Positions 13,963 to 29,064 of a stretch of 64,000 bases of DNA are shown piece after piece. Source of the DNA: Eledone cirrhosa (Eukaryota). Below the pieces are notes generated by a model. That model was not told the DNA's origin. It saw only the letters and a list, made by a program, of their open reading frames with translations, and ran no database searches. A program made the position numbers and the translations under genes. Where the stretch lies: contig OZ024750.1 in assembly GCA_964016885.1 (NCBI GenBank), positions 18,228,001 to 18,292,000 of the forward strand. Direction: 5' to 3'. Each line of letters opens with the position of its first letter. Position 1 is the stretch's first letter.

Positions 13963-14115
13963 CCACATTTTTACAATCTCTATCTCCAGGTCTTTATACT
14001 TGCTCAATTTTTCAAATGTTTTTATAGATACATTCTTGTCTATAGGAACGGACATGTCTATTAGCAGGCATACCCTCTTTTTAAAGTCCTTCAGTATTAT
14101 ATCAGGTCTATTTGC
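13963..14115 (-). mobile_element. Restriction-like endonuclease fragment of an R4/Dong-type non-LTR retrotransposon
   Basis: - strand ANRPDIILKDFKKRVCLLIDMSVPIDKNVSIKTFEKLSKYKDLEIEIVKMW (RPD..D..K..KY signature). Confidence 0.8.
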
Positions 14116-14129
14116 ATCTATTTATTATT

Positions 14130-14328
14130 ATGGCAGTATCGGTAAAGGGTCGGACGCCATGCTTTGACGTATAGAGTTACGGCCCTTGCCATTCTGAGTT
14201 CAAATCCCGCCGAGGTTAACTTTGCCTTTCATCCTTACGGGGTCGATAAAATAAAGTACCAGTAATGCACTGGGTAATTGCTGGCCTTGTACCAAACGTA
14301 GAAACAATTATTATTATTATTATTATTA
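14130..14328 (+). mobile_element. tRNA-derived SINE (dominant family)
   Basis: Same consensus. Other copies at about 230-430 (-), 3770-3930 (-), 8986-9150, 21035-21215, 26050-26180 (-), 30503-30690, 37225-37333 (-), 41455-41620 and 47035-47250. Confidence 0.85.
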
Positions 14329-14630
14329 TTTCCCCTAGAAGCGCAGTGGTTCGGGATTGGGGGGGGGGTACTTGAGTCACGCCTGAGTCGTCCCCCCTCC
14401 CCTATTGGGGAATTTATTTTGTTATATTTATGCATAGTTTATTTTATATTTTTTTTTATATCTTCATTGTTAAATTAGACTTGCCATTGTGCACTTTTAC
14501 TCGAGCTTATTGTAAATCCCCTACTGTCCCTGTCTTTGTATTGTCCTCTACATGTCGGCCCTTGTGGCCAATAAATGAAATCATTATTGTTATTATTATT
14601 ATTATTATTATTATCATCATCTTTTGTCAG

Positions 14631-14887
14631 AGGTTGGTTGTGCTGACGATACAAGCGAAGGATTTCAATGGCATAGCAACCTGGCAGCTTGCGATGGTTA
14701 TTGGCATGGACATATAGAAAATAGTAGCTCTCTTTGTAGTCCTGGATGGCGAGTGTGTTCTTGGAAGGATACACGTATTCTAAAGAACCTCACTTGGGAA
14801 GAAGCGACATCTGTAAGTGGATGTTATGCTTACAATGCAGCTCAGGATGGTGGTAGATGCCGACAATGTTTGGACAACATGGAACAG
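14631..14887 (+). CDS. Exon 2: N-half of Cys-rich domain 1 (VGCADDTSEGF...CSPGWRVC...GCYAYNAA...MEQ)
   Basis: cttttgtcag acceptor, CAG|gtaaaa donor, open Cys/Trp-rich frame homologous to exon 6. Confidence 0.92.
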
Positions 14888-14907
14888 GTAAAACTAAGAA
14901 CATAAAG

Positions 14908-15195
14908 GATTTTTTGTTTTAATTTATGAAAGAAATATGACTGAATTATATTTTTTTGTTAATTTATGAAAGAAATATGACTGAATTATATTTTTTTGTT
15001 AATTTATGAAAGAAATATAACTGAATTATATTTTTTTGTTAATTTATGAAAGAAATATGACTGAAATATATTTTTTTGTTAATTTATGAAAGAAATATGA
15101 CTGAATTATATTTTTTTGTTAATTTATGAAAGAAATATGACTGAATTATATATTTTTTTAATTTATGAAAGAAATGTGACTTAATTATATTTTTT
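14908..15195. repeat. 40-bp minisatellite, about 7 copies, just after exon 2
   Basis: AATTTATGAAAGAAATATGACTGAATTATATTTTTTTGTT repeated. Confidence 0.95.
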
Positions 15196-15969
15196 ATCTG
15201 CATTAAAATTCATCAAATGAATTTGTAAAGAAATAGTTTACCATATTTAACAGTAGTACAAACGTGGGCATGTGGTTAGAATGTCTCAGGAAGGAATCGC
15301 TGGACAGATTTTACGGGGCAAAACCAGCCGGCAGGAGACCCAGCTATCTGAGTAGCCGTGTGAGCACTAGACACCAGTGTGTACACAATGATGTGAACTT
15401 TACAAAGTCTAAATCACTTGAGAGTTATTTACTGGAGAAATAGCAGCCATAACAAGGAATATCAATGGTTTATGTTAGTTTTCACAGGAAATTCTTTCTT
15501 CGTGGATGTTTACATTGCTATTTCAAATGAAATCTTAGTAACAGCAGCTGTTGAACAATGAAAATACTTCACTTCAATATAGAGTTAATATTAAGTGACC
15601 AACTTAAGTACTCAGTCTGTAATATATACGAGGGTCGACAAAACAGATCATAGGCTGACTATGAAGGTGTGATGCTAGGGCTGTGAAATCTTGCATGCTT
15701 TAATTTCAACTCTCCTTATTGATGCCATGACTTATTGCAATCTAGTACTTATTTTATTGATCTTTATTTGTTGACCAGATATAGTTACTGGACATAAAGG
15801 CACATAACATAAACAATGGTACGGACACAAACTTCAGAAATATATACACAGTAGCTACCAAGGTCCTCTCATAAGATATTGGTCAACCCGGGGATAGAGT
15901 TGAAAGCCCTTTTCTAAGGTGTCTCGTAGGGAAATCGAATTCGAAATCATGTGAATACTAAGTGTACTT

Positions 15970-16064
<95 letters not shown>

Positions 16065-16156
16065 GATCCCGACGGATGAAATCCGGCCGTTTCGACAGCT
16101 AGATCCGATTCCTTTGTCCGTTATGGTCCACCTGGTTTCTTACCACACTTTCTTTG

Positions 16157-16197
<41 letters not shown>

Positions 16198-17616
16198 CTG
16201 TGGAATGCTTAGACACTTACACGTTAATTTCACGAGCAGGCAGTTTCGTTGTTCGGCTAAACGATGATCAGTATTGTTCTTAGTCTTCAGACGGTGCTAT
16301 AAAAAATCTCCTATGACATATTTGGAAATTAGGAACTCCCGTCTATAATTTGTGTTCATTTACTTAAACCAAAGCATATTTATACTTGCTGCACTCGTTC
16401 CTATCAAACCTGTACGTAGGAGATTATTTGAGGTCAACACTCCAAGTTCGTCAATTACAAATACTAGAAACAACTACCCCAATATTACATGGCTTCATAA
16501 ATATCTTAAATTACATCAATTGCACCAAAAAATTTTAGTCTCCCGCCGCCATATTTAATTTGGTTTTCTTTATAATTGCATAAAGATCTATGTAATATTT
16601 CGGAGTTCAGACGTAACTGCCCTGTAAGAAACTTAGTACCGTGAAGAAAAAATATATTAAAACTCGACAAAATTTATGTATTACCCTAATTCTCATGATT
16701 ATAAGGAAGCGGTGTTATAACCACAAAATATATAGTTATTGATGTTCTCAGAACTAATATAAGAGTAGTAATTTGATACCAAAATTATAATTAAGTAATA
16801 TATTGACTTGGTGGACACAATAACTTGTAATGTGGACACCTTAAAATCAATGTAACGACGAGCTTTGGAGAGTTGTTAGCCTGACGAAACCCACACCATT
16901 CCAAAACATCGTCTCATAAGAATCGTAACTCAGTGCAGTGGGTTAATGAAACATATATTAATTAGACAAAGTTGTCACTTCTTACAATCATGATATATAT
17001 ATATGTGTGTGTTAAAGGCTAGGTAGACTGAGCTATTTGAGAGTTGTATGTCTTGGACAGAGAGAGAGAGAGTATACAGTGCCTCTATCAAACCTACCAA
17101 CCTCTAAAAACCCAAACAGGGAATACCATGAAAAAAAAATGCCCCAAAATGAGGAAAAATGGGGCAAGAGAAGACATCTCTCATCCACCCCAAAGTGGGT
17201 GGGAGATCTCCCCGTCGGATGGGGAGATTTAACAGGTCTATTCTATACGAACCAAGTATCCTCTGATTGCTATGGTGTTACCCTATTAATTCAACTATGA
17301 GCCACCTTCCTCCAATAGGAAAATAATTAATGTATTTCTCCACTATAAAAAAGGGGCTGAGAGTTTATCTCTACTTCACAGTGATATCAAAATAATTTCC
17401 TAATTATTTATTTCCCCCCTTTTTTTTTTTCATGGAAGTAGAGTTGAACATCTTGCCTTAACATAGTCAATACAAACTTCTGAATCACACTAAGGACGGG
17501 TCTCCTACAATTAATATTTATAAATATACTGTCCCTATCCTTCCGGCTATAACCTTTTCCTGTTTATAACTTAGCTACATGTGTATGAGAATACGTAAAC
17601 GTGCATGTGCGATTTT

Positions 17617-17716
<100 letters not shown>

Positions 17717-18269
17717 TATACAATCACAAGTTCATTTAGTGTTTACATAAGTCAGCTGTAGACCATGTGTCAAGGAAGACAACATATACTTGTGATAAGG
17801 ATACAGGAACGACGAACAGATAACTATTTCCTGACCAAAATTCAACATGTGAAATCAATCTACTCTTTGTTCCACTGAATAGAATGTGATTATCCTTCCA
17901 CAAACCACGTGGTTTAATCATCCAAGTTATACATTTCCCAAACCACGTCAATCTATAAATCTAATGGTTAATTCAATGTTTCTATTAAACCAATATAGAA
18001 AGTCTATGGTGGCTATCTGTTTGGTGGGGTTGGAGGGGGGGATAAATTAATCAATTAAATGCCCGTAATGGGGGCATCCATTCGTTGGAGTGCAACTCAA
18101 GAAGCTTCAGCGTGACACATCATGTGAGAAAATTCACATTTTCAAATAAAGGTACAGTTCATCCGATGGGTTTCCAAACAGTTTACGTCTATCCAATTTC
18201 CCTCACAAGGCATGGGCCGATCCGAAACACCTTGAATAAAGTTCCTTCGTACGTTTAAAAATATAGTAA

Positions 18270-18565
18270 TATAATGAGAATTATTGTATACAGTGCTCAG
18301 GTGAACTACAACTCATCAAATGTGCATGTATAGTACATAGAATAATGTACAAAAGTTAGGAAAGTGGACAGTGCATGAGTCATCATATACACACTGACAC
18401 ACACACACACACATGCGTGCGTGTGTATGGAGGGGGAATATCAGGTGTGGTGTTGGCGAATTTTGGGAAGCATGGAAGTTTTGATGGATGCAGTGTTCCG
18501 ACAGCTAACAACTGATGCAGATAGTTTGTTCCATGCTTCTGCAACTCTGAACGTGAAAAAATGCC
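18270..18565 (-). mobile_element. CR1-like LINE 3' end; tail fragments also at about 11560-11780
   Basis: - strand HFFTFRVAEAWNKLSASVV followed by a 3' tail ending in ATT repeats. Confidence 0.65.
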
Positions 18566-18609
18566 ATATCTAGTTTCTTTTCACAGTAACTAATCCGTGT
18601 AATGACTCG

Positions 18610-18905
18610 AGGCTTAGTGTTTATGCTGTTTAACTCACAATCGAAAGGTCGTGAATTTGATTACTGGTGGTGCGTTTTGTCCTTGAACAAGATATTTTAT
18701 TTGACGTTACACCAATCCACGTGGATGGCAAAAATGTACCTATAATTCAGCCTTTTCACTCACTATGTTGCAATGAATCTCTCTGAGAATACCGTTAAGG
18801 ATACACGTGTCTGTGAAATGCTCAGTCACTTGCACGTTGATTTCATGAATAGGCTGTTTCATTGTTCGAACAACTCTAACACTCATCGTCGAAACTGACG
18901 GAGCT
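18610..18905 (+). mobile_element. Third SINE family
   Basis: tRNA-like head plus ACACGTGTCTGTGGAATGCTCAG tail; relatives at about 5735-6000, 9975-10280 and 16195-16260. Confidence 0.65.
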
Positions 18906-18970
18906 TCAAAACATATGCAACTATCATGTTTCGTTAGACGGTTGCGATAAAGATTTCTTCTATAAAACGG

Positions 18971-20336
18971 TTTTCAATTAATATATTTTCAATTAATATA
19001 TTTTCAAATTAATATATTTTCAATTAATATATTTTCAAATTAATATATTTTCAATTAATATATTTTCAAATTAATATATTTTCAATTAATATATTTTCAA
19101 ATTAATATATTTTCAATTAATATATTTTCAAATTAATATATTTTCAAATTAATATATTTTCAAATTAATATATTTTCAATTAATATATTTTCAAATTAAT
19201 ATATTTTCAATTAATATATTTTCAAATTAATATATTTTCAATTAATATATTTTCAAATTAATATATTTTCAATTAATATATTTTCAAATTAATATATTTT
19301 CAATTAATATATTTTCAAATTAATATATTTTCAATTAATATATTTTCAAATTAATATATTTTCAAATTAATATATTTTCAAATTAATATATTTTCAATTA
19401 ATATATTTTCAAATTAATATATTTTCAATTAATATATTTTCAATTTAATATATTTTCAATTAATATATTTTCAATTAATATATTTTCAAATTAATATATT
19501 TTTAATTAATATATTTTCAATTAATATATTTTCAATTAATATATTTTCAAATTAATATATTTTTAATTAATATATTTTCAATTAATATATTTTCAAATTA
19601 ATATATTTTCAAATTAATATATTTTCAATTAATATATTTTCAATTAATATATTTTCAAATTAATATATTTTCAAATTAATATATTTTCAATTAATATCTT
19701 TTCAATTAATATATTTTCAAATTAATATATTTTCAATTAATATATTTTCAAATTAATATATTTTCAAATTAATATATTTTCAAATTAATATATTTTCAAT
19801 TAATATATTTCCAATTAATATATTTTCAAATTAATATATTTTCAATTAATATATTTTCAAATTAATATATTTTCAAATTAATATATTTTCAAATTAATAT
19901 ATTTTCAAATTAATATATTTTCAATTAATATATTTTCAAATTAATATATTTTCAAATTAATATATTTTCAATTAATATATTTTCAATTAATATATTTTCA
20001 AATTAATATATTTTCAAATTAATATATTTTCAATTAATATATTTTCAAATTAATATATTTTCAAATTAATATATTTTCAATTAATATATTTTCAATTAAT
20101 ATATTTTCAAATTAATATATTTTCAATATATTTTCAAATTAATATATTTTCAATTAATATATTTTCAATTAATATATTTTCAATTAATATATTTTCAAAT
20201 TAATATATTTTCAAATTAATATATTTTCAATTAATATATTTTCAAATTAATATATTTTCAAATTAATATATTTTCAATTAATATATTTTCAAATTAATAT
20301 ATTTTCAATTAATATATTTTCAAATTAATATATTTT

Positions 20337-20340
<4 letters not shown>
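18971..20340. repeat. 15/16-bp AT-rich minisatellite, about 88 copies
   Basis: TTTTCAA(A)TTAATATA repeated. Confidence 0.97.
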
Positions 20341-20380
<40 letters not shown>

Positions 20381-20382
<2 letters not shown>

Positions 20383-20420
20383 GAGCTGAAGATCCGCGAA
20401 GATGAAACAATTGTTCTCGG
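20381..20420 (+). ncRNA. Minimal type I hammerhead (family B) in an intron, sense to the gene
   Basis: CCGAG-CTGAAGA-TCCGCGAAGAT-GAAACAATTGTT^CTCGG: perfect stem I and palindromic stem III; element 20380-20511 sits between TA tracts. Confidence 0.78.
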
Positions 20421-20529
20421 TATTGTGAACTAACTGTTGTTAGTCTACTTAACTCGTCCCTTGGATTGAGTGCTCTGCCACTTCGGATATTACCTTCCAG
20501 TGTTCCACCACTATATATATATATATTTA

Positions 20530-20582
<53 letters not shown>

Positions 20583-20604
20583 GTGTATATATATATATGT
20601 GTAT

Positions 20605-20639
<35 letters not shown>

Positions 20640-20692
20640 TATATATATATATATACGTGTATATATATATATATATATACGTGTATATATAC

Positions 20693-20730
<38 letters not shown>

Positions 20731-20820
20731 GAGAGGTATAGAGATTGTTTTAGCAAGAAGCTAACGGCATCCTATAACATATATGCGACTATAACGTCAA
20801 GATGGGAAAAGTAGTTAACG

Positions 20821-21017
<197 letters not shown>

Positions 21018-21396
21018 CAGCTCTTATTATAAGTGAATTGGCAGTAACGGTAGAGGGTTGGACGCCATGGTTTCTAGCAGAGTTACGTCCCTTTACGGTC
21101 TGAGTTCAAATCCCGTCGAGGTTAACTTTGCCTTTCATCCTTACGGGGTCGATAAAATAAAGTACCAGTAATGTACTGAGTAATTGCTGGCCTTGTGCCA
21201 AAAGTAGAAACAATTATATTTATATATATAGTTTACTTGAAGCATTGTATTTTGAGGTATAAACGTTAGAATGTCAGAACAATGCAGGTTTGGAGATAGA
21301 GTATAAATGTAAAAGATAGCGCTGACAATTAGTCTTTTACCTTAATTTATTCATATATCCTGATATTTTGAGATAATATCTCTTCGTCTGACGTAG

Positions 21397-21451
<55 letters not shown>

Positions 21452-21453
<2 letters not shown>

Positions 21454-21666
21454 GATATTAAATAAATGGAAACTATATTTATAAAACCATATTTATTTCA
21501 TTATATATATTACCCTGAAATATATATAATGAAATAAATATGGTTTTATAAATATAGTTTCCATTTATTTAATATCGTAAATATACTCCAAATACTTGTT
21601 GAGTGCTTTTATATCAGTTATAAATATTTACTAGTTGTAACCCAACAATTTAAATATAACTTTTCA
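21452..21666 (+). mobile_element. Fold-back element (family H) in (TA)n; - strand copy at 34562-34716
   Basis: About 60-bp inverted arms centred at about 21513, GAAATATATATA remnant, GAGTGC in the tail. Confidence 0.65.
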
Positions 21667-21686
21667 TATATATATATATATATATA

Positions 21687-21940
21687 TGTAGGAGGTGAGT
21701 TTTATTGTAGTACAATAAAGCAATGCAGATATCGGATAAGAAGCACTCTACAGTTTGTGGGACTGGAGTATGCATAATATAAGATCAAAAGATGGTTAAA
21801 GGAGTTCCATGTATTTTATTATGCGCATTTCAAAAACAAACATCATCAAGCAATAATATTTGTGTTTTCATCAGATAAAACAGGAGAACATGATATGAAG
21901 GCTAAAAAAACACTTGTTGATAGTGCAGTTTTTAATCAAC

Positions 21941-21945
<5 letters not shown>
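21687..21945 (-). mobile_element. Family C element with hammerhead motif (about 21815-21880)
   Basis: Reverse-complement homolog of 59160-59412, flanked by TA repeats. Confidence 0.7.
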
Positions 21946-21988
<43 letters not shown>

Positions 21989-22634
21989 AAATGATAATAA
22001 TGGAGCTGCGGCGTTGCAAATGGGTTACATATGAAAAAGTAAGTCCTTCATCAGTGGCCTTCCAACCGTCCTAGGCATTTCATCACTTTAAAGGCCATAT
22101 ATATATATAATCCTTATGGAGCCCTCTTCGGATTTTAGTCTTCACACTTATTATTACTATATATATATACACACACACATATATATATATATACATACAT
22201 ACACTCTTTTCAATATAAAGCGTGAAACTAATAAGACTTTTTGTACCTTTGTTTGTTGTCTCCTTGAACTATATATATACACACATATATATATATATAT
22301 ATATATCAGAAGATCTGACTGGTTATAATTCTGTATTGGCGATCGAGTGACGCAAAATTAGGCGGATAGCGATCTCTAGACATACCAGTTCAGTGAAACA
22401 AATGTAAGCTATGTGATTAAAAACTTTTTTGTATAGCAAACCATGTAAACCTTCTTTCCTGATTTATTATTACTCCAAGTGTTTACAACATAGGAATTAC
22501 AGCATACCCGCAGCATCACTATGAAAACGCCTTGTTGAGTCAAACCAAGCCAAGCGTTAATATCATCCACTACCTGGAATACCATAACTGGACTTCACCT
22601 AAGTGGACTGCATTTAACTATTATTTGTTTATCC

Positions 22635-22684
<50 letters not shown>

Positions 22685-23310
22685 AGTTATTATTAGGAAC
22701 CTGAAGTGACAAAGTGTCTCCTTTGCGACTATTTTTAGAAATATTTCCTGGTGGTTGACATATGGCTATAACTATTATTCTATAATAAATCCAATTATAA
22801 GAAAACTATCCTTATAAATTCTGCCAACTACTGCAAGTATGTTTAATAGACTAATATATGCATCGTGTATATCATATCAGTAAATCTTACGTCAGTCAAT
22901 GACTGTTGTCGTGTGGTTAACAAGCTCACTACGCTATCAAATAGTTCAATGCTTGATCTTGTTATTTCAACCTTGCTATAACATTTTTATATGACAAATT
23001 AATAAATATTAAATTCGTGTATGTATGTATGTATGTATGTATGTATGTATGTATGTATGTATGTATGTATGTATGTATGTATGTATGCGTGTGTATACAT
23101 GTTTGTATATATGTATGTCTGTATAAATATATGTGTGTGTGTATGTGTATGTATTTTTTTCCTATTATTATTATAGAAACAATTATTATTATTATTGTTG
23201 TTATTGTTATTTTTTTTTTCGTGCAATGGCCATACTCGATAACGAGGGAGCAGCCATCATGTTTGTGTGTGTGTATGTGTGTATGTATGCATGCATGCAT
23301 TGTATGTATG

Positions 23311-23359
<49 letters not shown>

Positions 23360-25013
23360 ACATGCATTGTATGTATGTATTTTCGTGTGTGTGTTATGGT
23401 ATGTCTCGTTGCAAAATATTCATTCATGTTTCCTGTCTAAACTTCATTGGCCCACGTATGTCTTACGTCAAACCGTTTCACACAAACAACGTGGGCGGAG
23501 AACCGGAAGAGATAGCGAGATGGACAGAAAAAGACTATGAGCAACACAATGTGGCGGAAGAGAGAGAGAGAGAGAGAGTTGCCGAGAAATAAGAGAATAT
23601 CTGAGTAGTGAGAGCTGTAGAGAAGTGTAAGATAGTGAGGTGGGTATAGTTTGAGATGGGTTGAGAGATAGAGATACAAAGTGTGAATGAAAAGGATAAA
23701 CTACTTAGAAATAGTGATATAAAACGAACGGTTGGCATTGACATACATATGTCAGAACAGCTGGTTAAATGACTACTTTATAGTATAAAAATTTAAATAT
23801 ATTTTATTTCCTGGTGAAAAAAACTTCTGAATGGGCAAGATGGAAGAAGATTTTAATTCAGAAAGCCAGAAAACGAAGAAGAAGAGGAAGGACCTTAGTC
23901 GGTTTCTAGCTGTTTGTATAGTATGTGAGGCCTTCTCAGCAAAAGCATAATAGAACTACAGTGTTTAGTTTCATTTGTTTAACTTATGAATTCAAATCTT
24001 GCTACAGTCGATCTTTCATTCATACAGCTGAGGTAAATAAGATAATTGTATTGAATTTGATTTGATTGATTTCTGTACAACCTCATGGCCGGAAAAGTTG
24101 TCTCTGTGGGGGGGGGGGGGGGGGGGATATTAAAATTTAGTTTTATTACTTGTTGTTGTCGTGTGTTTAGCCCCAGACCAGCCTCTATAGGTACTTTATT
24201 TATCAACCCCGAAAGGATGAAAGGTAAAGTTCAGCTCAGAGGGCAGGGAGATGAAGCGAATACTGCAAAGCATTTTATCCGATCTGCTGACGGTTCTACC
24301 AATTCGTCGTCGATCAAGGTTTACCTGAGCCTTAAAATTCCCATGAGTTTCTAACAAGTGGGCAGTCACTCGATCTAGAAATAATAGTCACATTACCCTT
24401 GAGCTACATCCATTTGTCCTAAAATGGGAATATACATTAGATAATATAGTCCTAGATACAATGACTGAAAAAAATTGCTTTAGATTTCATTCTACAACGT
24501 CGCCAGGTTCCATTTTCAATAATCAGAAATCGAGATGAATGTCTTCGTACTTTTAATTCCTGATTCAGATGAAGGTTCTATAGATTTCCATTCCCAATAG
24601 CAGACATTTCATTTTATTAACGCTCTAGAAAAGACATGAACATCATAACACTTCATTCACTTTTTTTGCTTTCTTCCCATATGCGGTATCCCCAGAATGT
24701 TCTTTGACAAAATTATCTGCGTTCTAACTTTTGATTTAGACTCCGATGATTCCGGCCTTGTGCTTGGAAAAAAACGATCATTAGTAATTAAATGTTCTTA
24801 ATCACTCCTTGATTGTTATTTATAAAGTATTTATAAAATTCACTTTTTTTTATAAATAAATCATTGTGCCAGGAAAAATATTAAGGTAACCTTTTTTTCT
24901 TGATTATGCTGAGATCTTCTACAGCTAACATATGTTTTGAACATGTAATTATTATAACAAGCTTTGTTAACTTGATCTCTATCAGGTTTTCTTTTATATT
25001 CTTATTTTGATAG

Positions 25014-25182
25014 GATGATCTCGCTGGTGTTGGAAAAGACTGCCCCCACCAAAACCAAGGTTTGACCTCTTGTATCTCAGGTGGTCGAATAGATGCCAGT
25101 TGCTGCGTGGATTCACACTTTAAACATGCCTGTCATTTTAAACTAGGCATAGCATCGGGTGTGTTATGCTGTCGACTCCCGG
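25014..25182 (+). CDS. Exon 3: C-half of Cys-rich domain 1 (DDLAGVGKDC...GRIDASCC...GVLCCRLP)
   Basis: ttttgatag acceptor, CCGG|gtaagc donor, homologous to exon 7. Confidence 0.92.
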
Positions 25183-25274
25183 GTAAGCTGACAGTTCTGT
25201 ACACAGTTCAATACCAAAACCCACTTCATTTCTATAGTATTTTTCTTGTAGTAAAAAATATGTTACAACATTCA

Positions 25275-25367
<93 letters not shown>

Positions 25368-25377
25368 CTCTCTCTGA

Positions 25378-25595
25378 GATGTCAACATGAATGGACCTGG
25401 TATTTTTATCTAAAGACATTTTTCCAATTCTACCCCGCCCGTCCCTTCAATCTATCTTATTTCTCATTCTTTCTTTGATGAAGGATTAGCGTCCGAATTG
25501 TTAAGACCCTCTTATTGTTATTTCAAGCGTTAACCTAATATATTCCTTCCATATAGTGCACCGATTGTGTTGTCATTTATATTTACCTTTTACAT
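25378..25595 (+). mobile_element. Family D Penelope-like 3' end with degenerate hammerhead
   Basis: TTTGATGAAGGATTAGCGTCCGAATTGTTAAGA; homolog on - strand at 52500-52700, tails at about 7435 and 60722. Confidence 0.6.
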
Positions 25596-26911
25596 ACATA
25601 TATATATATATATAAAGAGTCAGAACTCTACGGCTGAGCTCCGGCCGTTGCGACAGCTACAAATTATCACAAAAACGGTGACGGGGAAACGTACGGGGAC
25701 AGTGTCGACAGAGAAATCAAAGACAGAACAGGGACTTTTCTTGTAATTCAGCTGTTTATTCGATCCCAAAGACAGTACTACCGTATCCGACAGTGTCAAC
25801 AGTGTGAGATAAAATGCAGTTTTTATACTGCTTATGATTAATTACAACTGACGGTGTCAAGAGAGTAAAAAAAACGCAGGTTTCATACTGTTTGTGATTA
25901 ATGACAAACGAGACAACATACCTGGATACAACAGAACAAGACTGATGTCAGAATGTGGCACGAAAAAGAAACATTCAGATAATATATAAAGTAAAATATA
26001 TAAATATATATTAATATAACCACACAGTTATATAATATTTTCTAGATTAGCCACAAGGTCAGCAAATTAAAGGGAGGGGGGAAATCGGTTAAATCGACCT
26101 CAGTATGTGACTGGTACTTTATTTTATCAACCCCGTAAAGATGAAAGGCAAGGCTCAACTCGGCAGGGTTTGAACTCAGAATATAATAAATGCAATTATT
26201 GCTATTCCTTTACGTATTTCTTTCTCTTCCTCTCTCATATATTTCGATTTCTTTGCTGAATTAACTTCCTCAGTTCCCTTTCCCATTCTTTCTTTGTTTT
26301 CCATACCCACTTTTAAGGCAATCCTATGTAGAGAGTCTCCCAGGAGAGACATGGCCCCGTGCAACTGTATGGAACGAAGTGCATTTCTCAGAGTACTGGT
26401 CACTCATAAATATAGTTAATTGACATAAAGGGCCATAACTCTATGCCACAAAGGATAGTGTCTAACACTTTACCGATTCTATTCTGCCAATCCACTCTAA
26501 TCATAGGATCATCGTGATGCCAATCCACCGCTCAATAACAATAATAATATAAGTAAATAAATAAATAAATAGCTGAATGTGGAAGGTTATCTCCGTTCCC
26601 TCCTCTAACAGATCATGTTACACAACACTATTTCACGGCTGTCATAGAAAATATTCCTGAAGTAATGAATGAATACCAGTGGTGTAAATATTAGATAGAG
26701 CTTCGAACGGTTAACACAGCTGTACAACTTTAGTTTCTTTTGTAAGTTTGATAAAGTTTGGGGAGACAGAGAGAGAAGGTGGTAGAGAAAGAAGGGAGAA
26801 GAAGGGAATGTGAGGGGGTGGGGAAGCGCCTGTTTATGAAAACTACTAAACATGTAAACCTGAATCCATAACAAACTGTCGTAACGAAATGATATATATA
26901 TATATATATTT

Positions 26912-27116
26912 ATAGGAACAAGTATGACCCCGACGGCAGAGCTCAAGCCGTTTCGACGGCTAATTCTGGACTGTAATTCAGTCCAGAATTAGCCGTCGAA
27001 ACGGCTTGAGCTCTGCCGTCGGGGTCATACTTGTTCCTATTACCCACTCTACTACCCTAAGTATTGAGTACTTTGGTGCGTTATGGTCCACCTGGTTCCT
27101 TACCACTTTTCCCTCG

Positions 27117-27118
<2 letters not shown>
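26912..27118 (+). mobile_element. Fold-back element family E variant
   Basis: About 60-bp perfect inverted arms centred at about 26974, GAAACGGC..GCCGTC stem III, GAGTAC tail, TA flanks. Confidence 0.72.
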
Positions 27119-27171
<53 letters not shown>

Positions 27172-27177
<6 letters not shown>

Positions 27178-27385
27178 TAACAGATTAAAGTTTAAGCAAA
27201 GAATCGCTGCTTTCACCCTTAACGGGATCTTCTCCCGTTAAGGGTGAAAGCAGCGATTCTTTGCTTAAACTTTAATCTGTTATTTTAATAAATATTTGCT
27301 CTATGGTTTTTATATATTTGATATATATATTATCCTCATCGAGCCCTCTTAGGATTTTAGTCTTCACATTTATTAGCATTACTAT
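27172..27385 (+). mobile_element. Fold-back element family F with truncated hammerhead
   Basis: Inverted arms centred at about 27230; (GAAGA)TCCCGTTAAGGGT-GAAAGCA...TGCTT; tail also at about 22112-22160. Confidence 0.65.
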
Positions 27386-27659
27386 ATATACATATATACA
27401 TATAAATCAATCACATATATTTTTATTTGTTTGACGCGAATTACTTGGTCGTTTTTATGGTTGTGCGGATGATTGTTTAACCATCGTCTCAGTGTGTTTG
27501 GCCTTTAACGTATGTTGTAGCTCTGGTTCATCTGAATCATTGAGCGCTTGCCACACATCTCGGAAGTTGTTTTTCGTTAATTCCTAAGCCGAAATACGAT
27601 TCTCGCTAATTTATATTTATCAATATATATATATATATTATTTGTCCATTTATTCTCAG

Positions 27660-27830
27660 CTCGTGTTCCAAAAATAATCGTTCGTCCACTTGAAAAAATT
27701 CACGTATACAGCGGTCTAAAGTTTCTGCTATCATGTCAAGCGACTGGTATACCAACACCAACAGTTCATTGGTACCGGGACGGAAAACAAATATCTAAGA
27801 ATAATTCGAGATTCTTCATCCTCACCTCAT
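27660..27830 (+). CDS. Exon 4: N-half of Ig I-set domain ([44 protein letters not shown]...)
   Basis: Not in the ORF track. tattctcag acceptor; L-x-C-x-A-x-G-x-P-x-P-x-V-x-W-Y-R-D-G I-set signature; weaker phase-1 donor gtgtgt. Confidence 0.9.
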
Positions 27831-27889
27831 GTGTGTATAAATTTATTTTTCGAAATTCTTATTTATTTATATTATATTTTTACTTTTGT

Positions 27890-28486
<597 letters not shown>

Positions 28487-29064
28487 TACATACACACACT
28501 ATCATGCTATTTGAAAACAACCAGAAAAAAAGATTTCAAACAAAAATAATTTATGTTTATATGTGGGTCTTTCTGCCGAGAAAACGTAAATCAATAAAAT
28601 ATCACGTGATTAGGTGTTTATTTCTTTTATTTTCTTTTATTTTATTTTATTTATTTGGCAATTTCCAAATATCCTTACATGAAAAATGTCAAGAATGTTG
28701 TATTTTTATATATTAATATAAGTACGAAAACAATTTATGTTTATACACACATACACACACACACTATATATATGTTTATATATATATATATATGTGTGTA
28801 TGTATATATGTCATTCTCTCTCTCTCTCATACATACACACACATATATAAAGTTTGTGGATGCATTTACATTTGCGACAGGGATATCGCTCTTCAATATT
28901 CAATTATATTTTAATGAAAGGGTTCCTTAGACGAAAGGAATGGTTGACATTAAATATAATATGTGTGTGTGTATGTGTGTGTACGTTTGTACATACAATC
29001 TGTGTATCAACGTATATACTTACACAATAAAATACGAACACATTCATATATACATATATACATA

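Noticed and set aside
15627-15720. Mariner-like TACGAGGG terminus
   Set aside because: No matching right TIR was found; too decayed to call.
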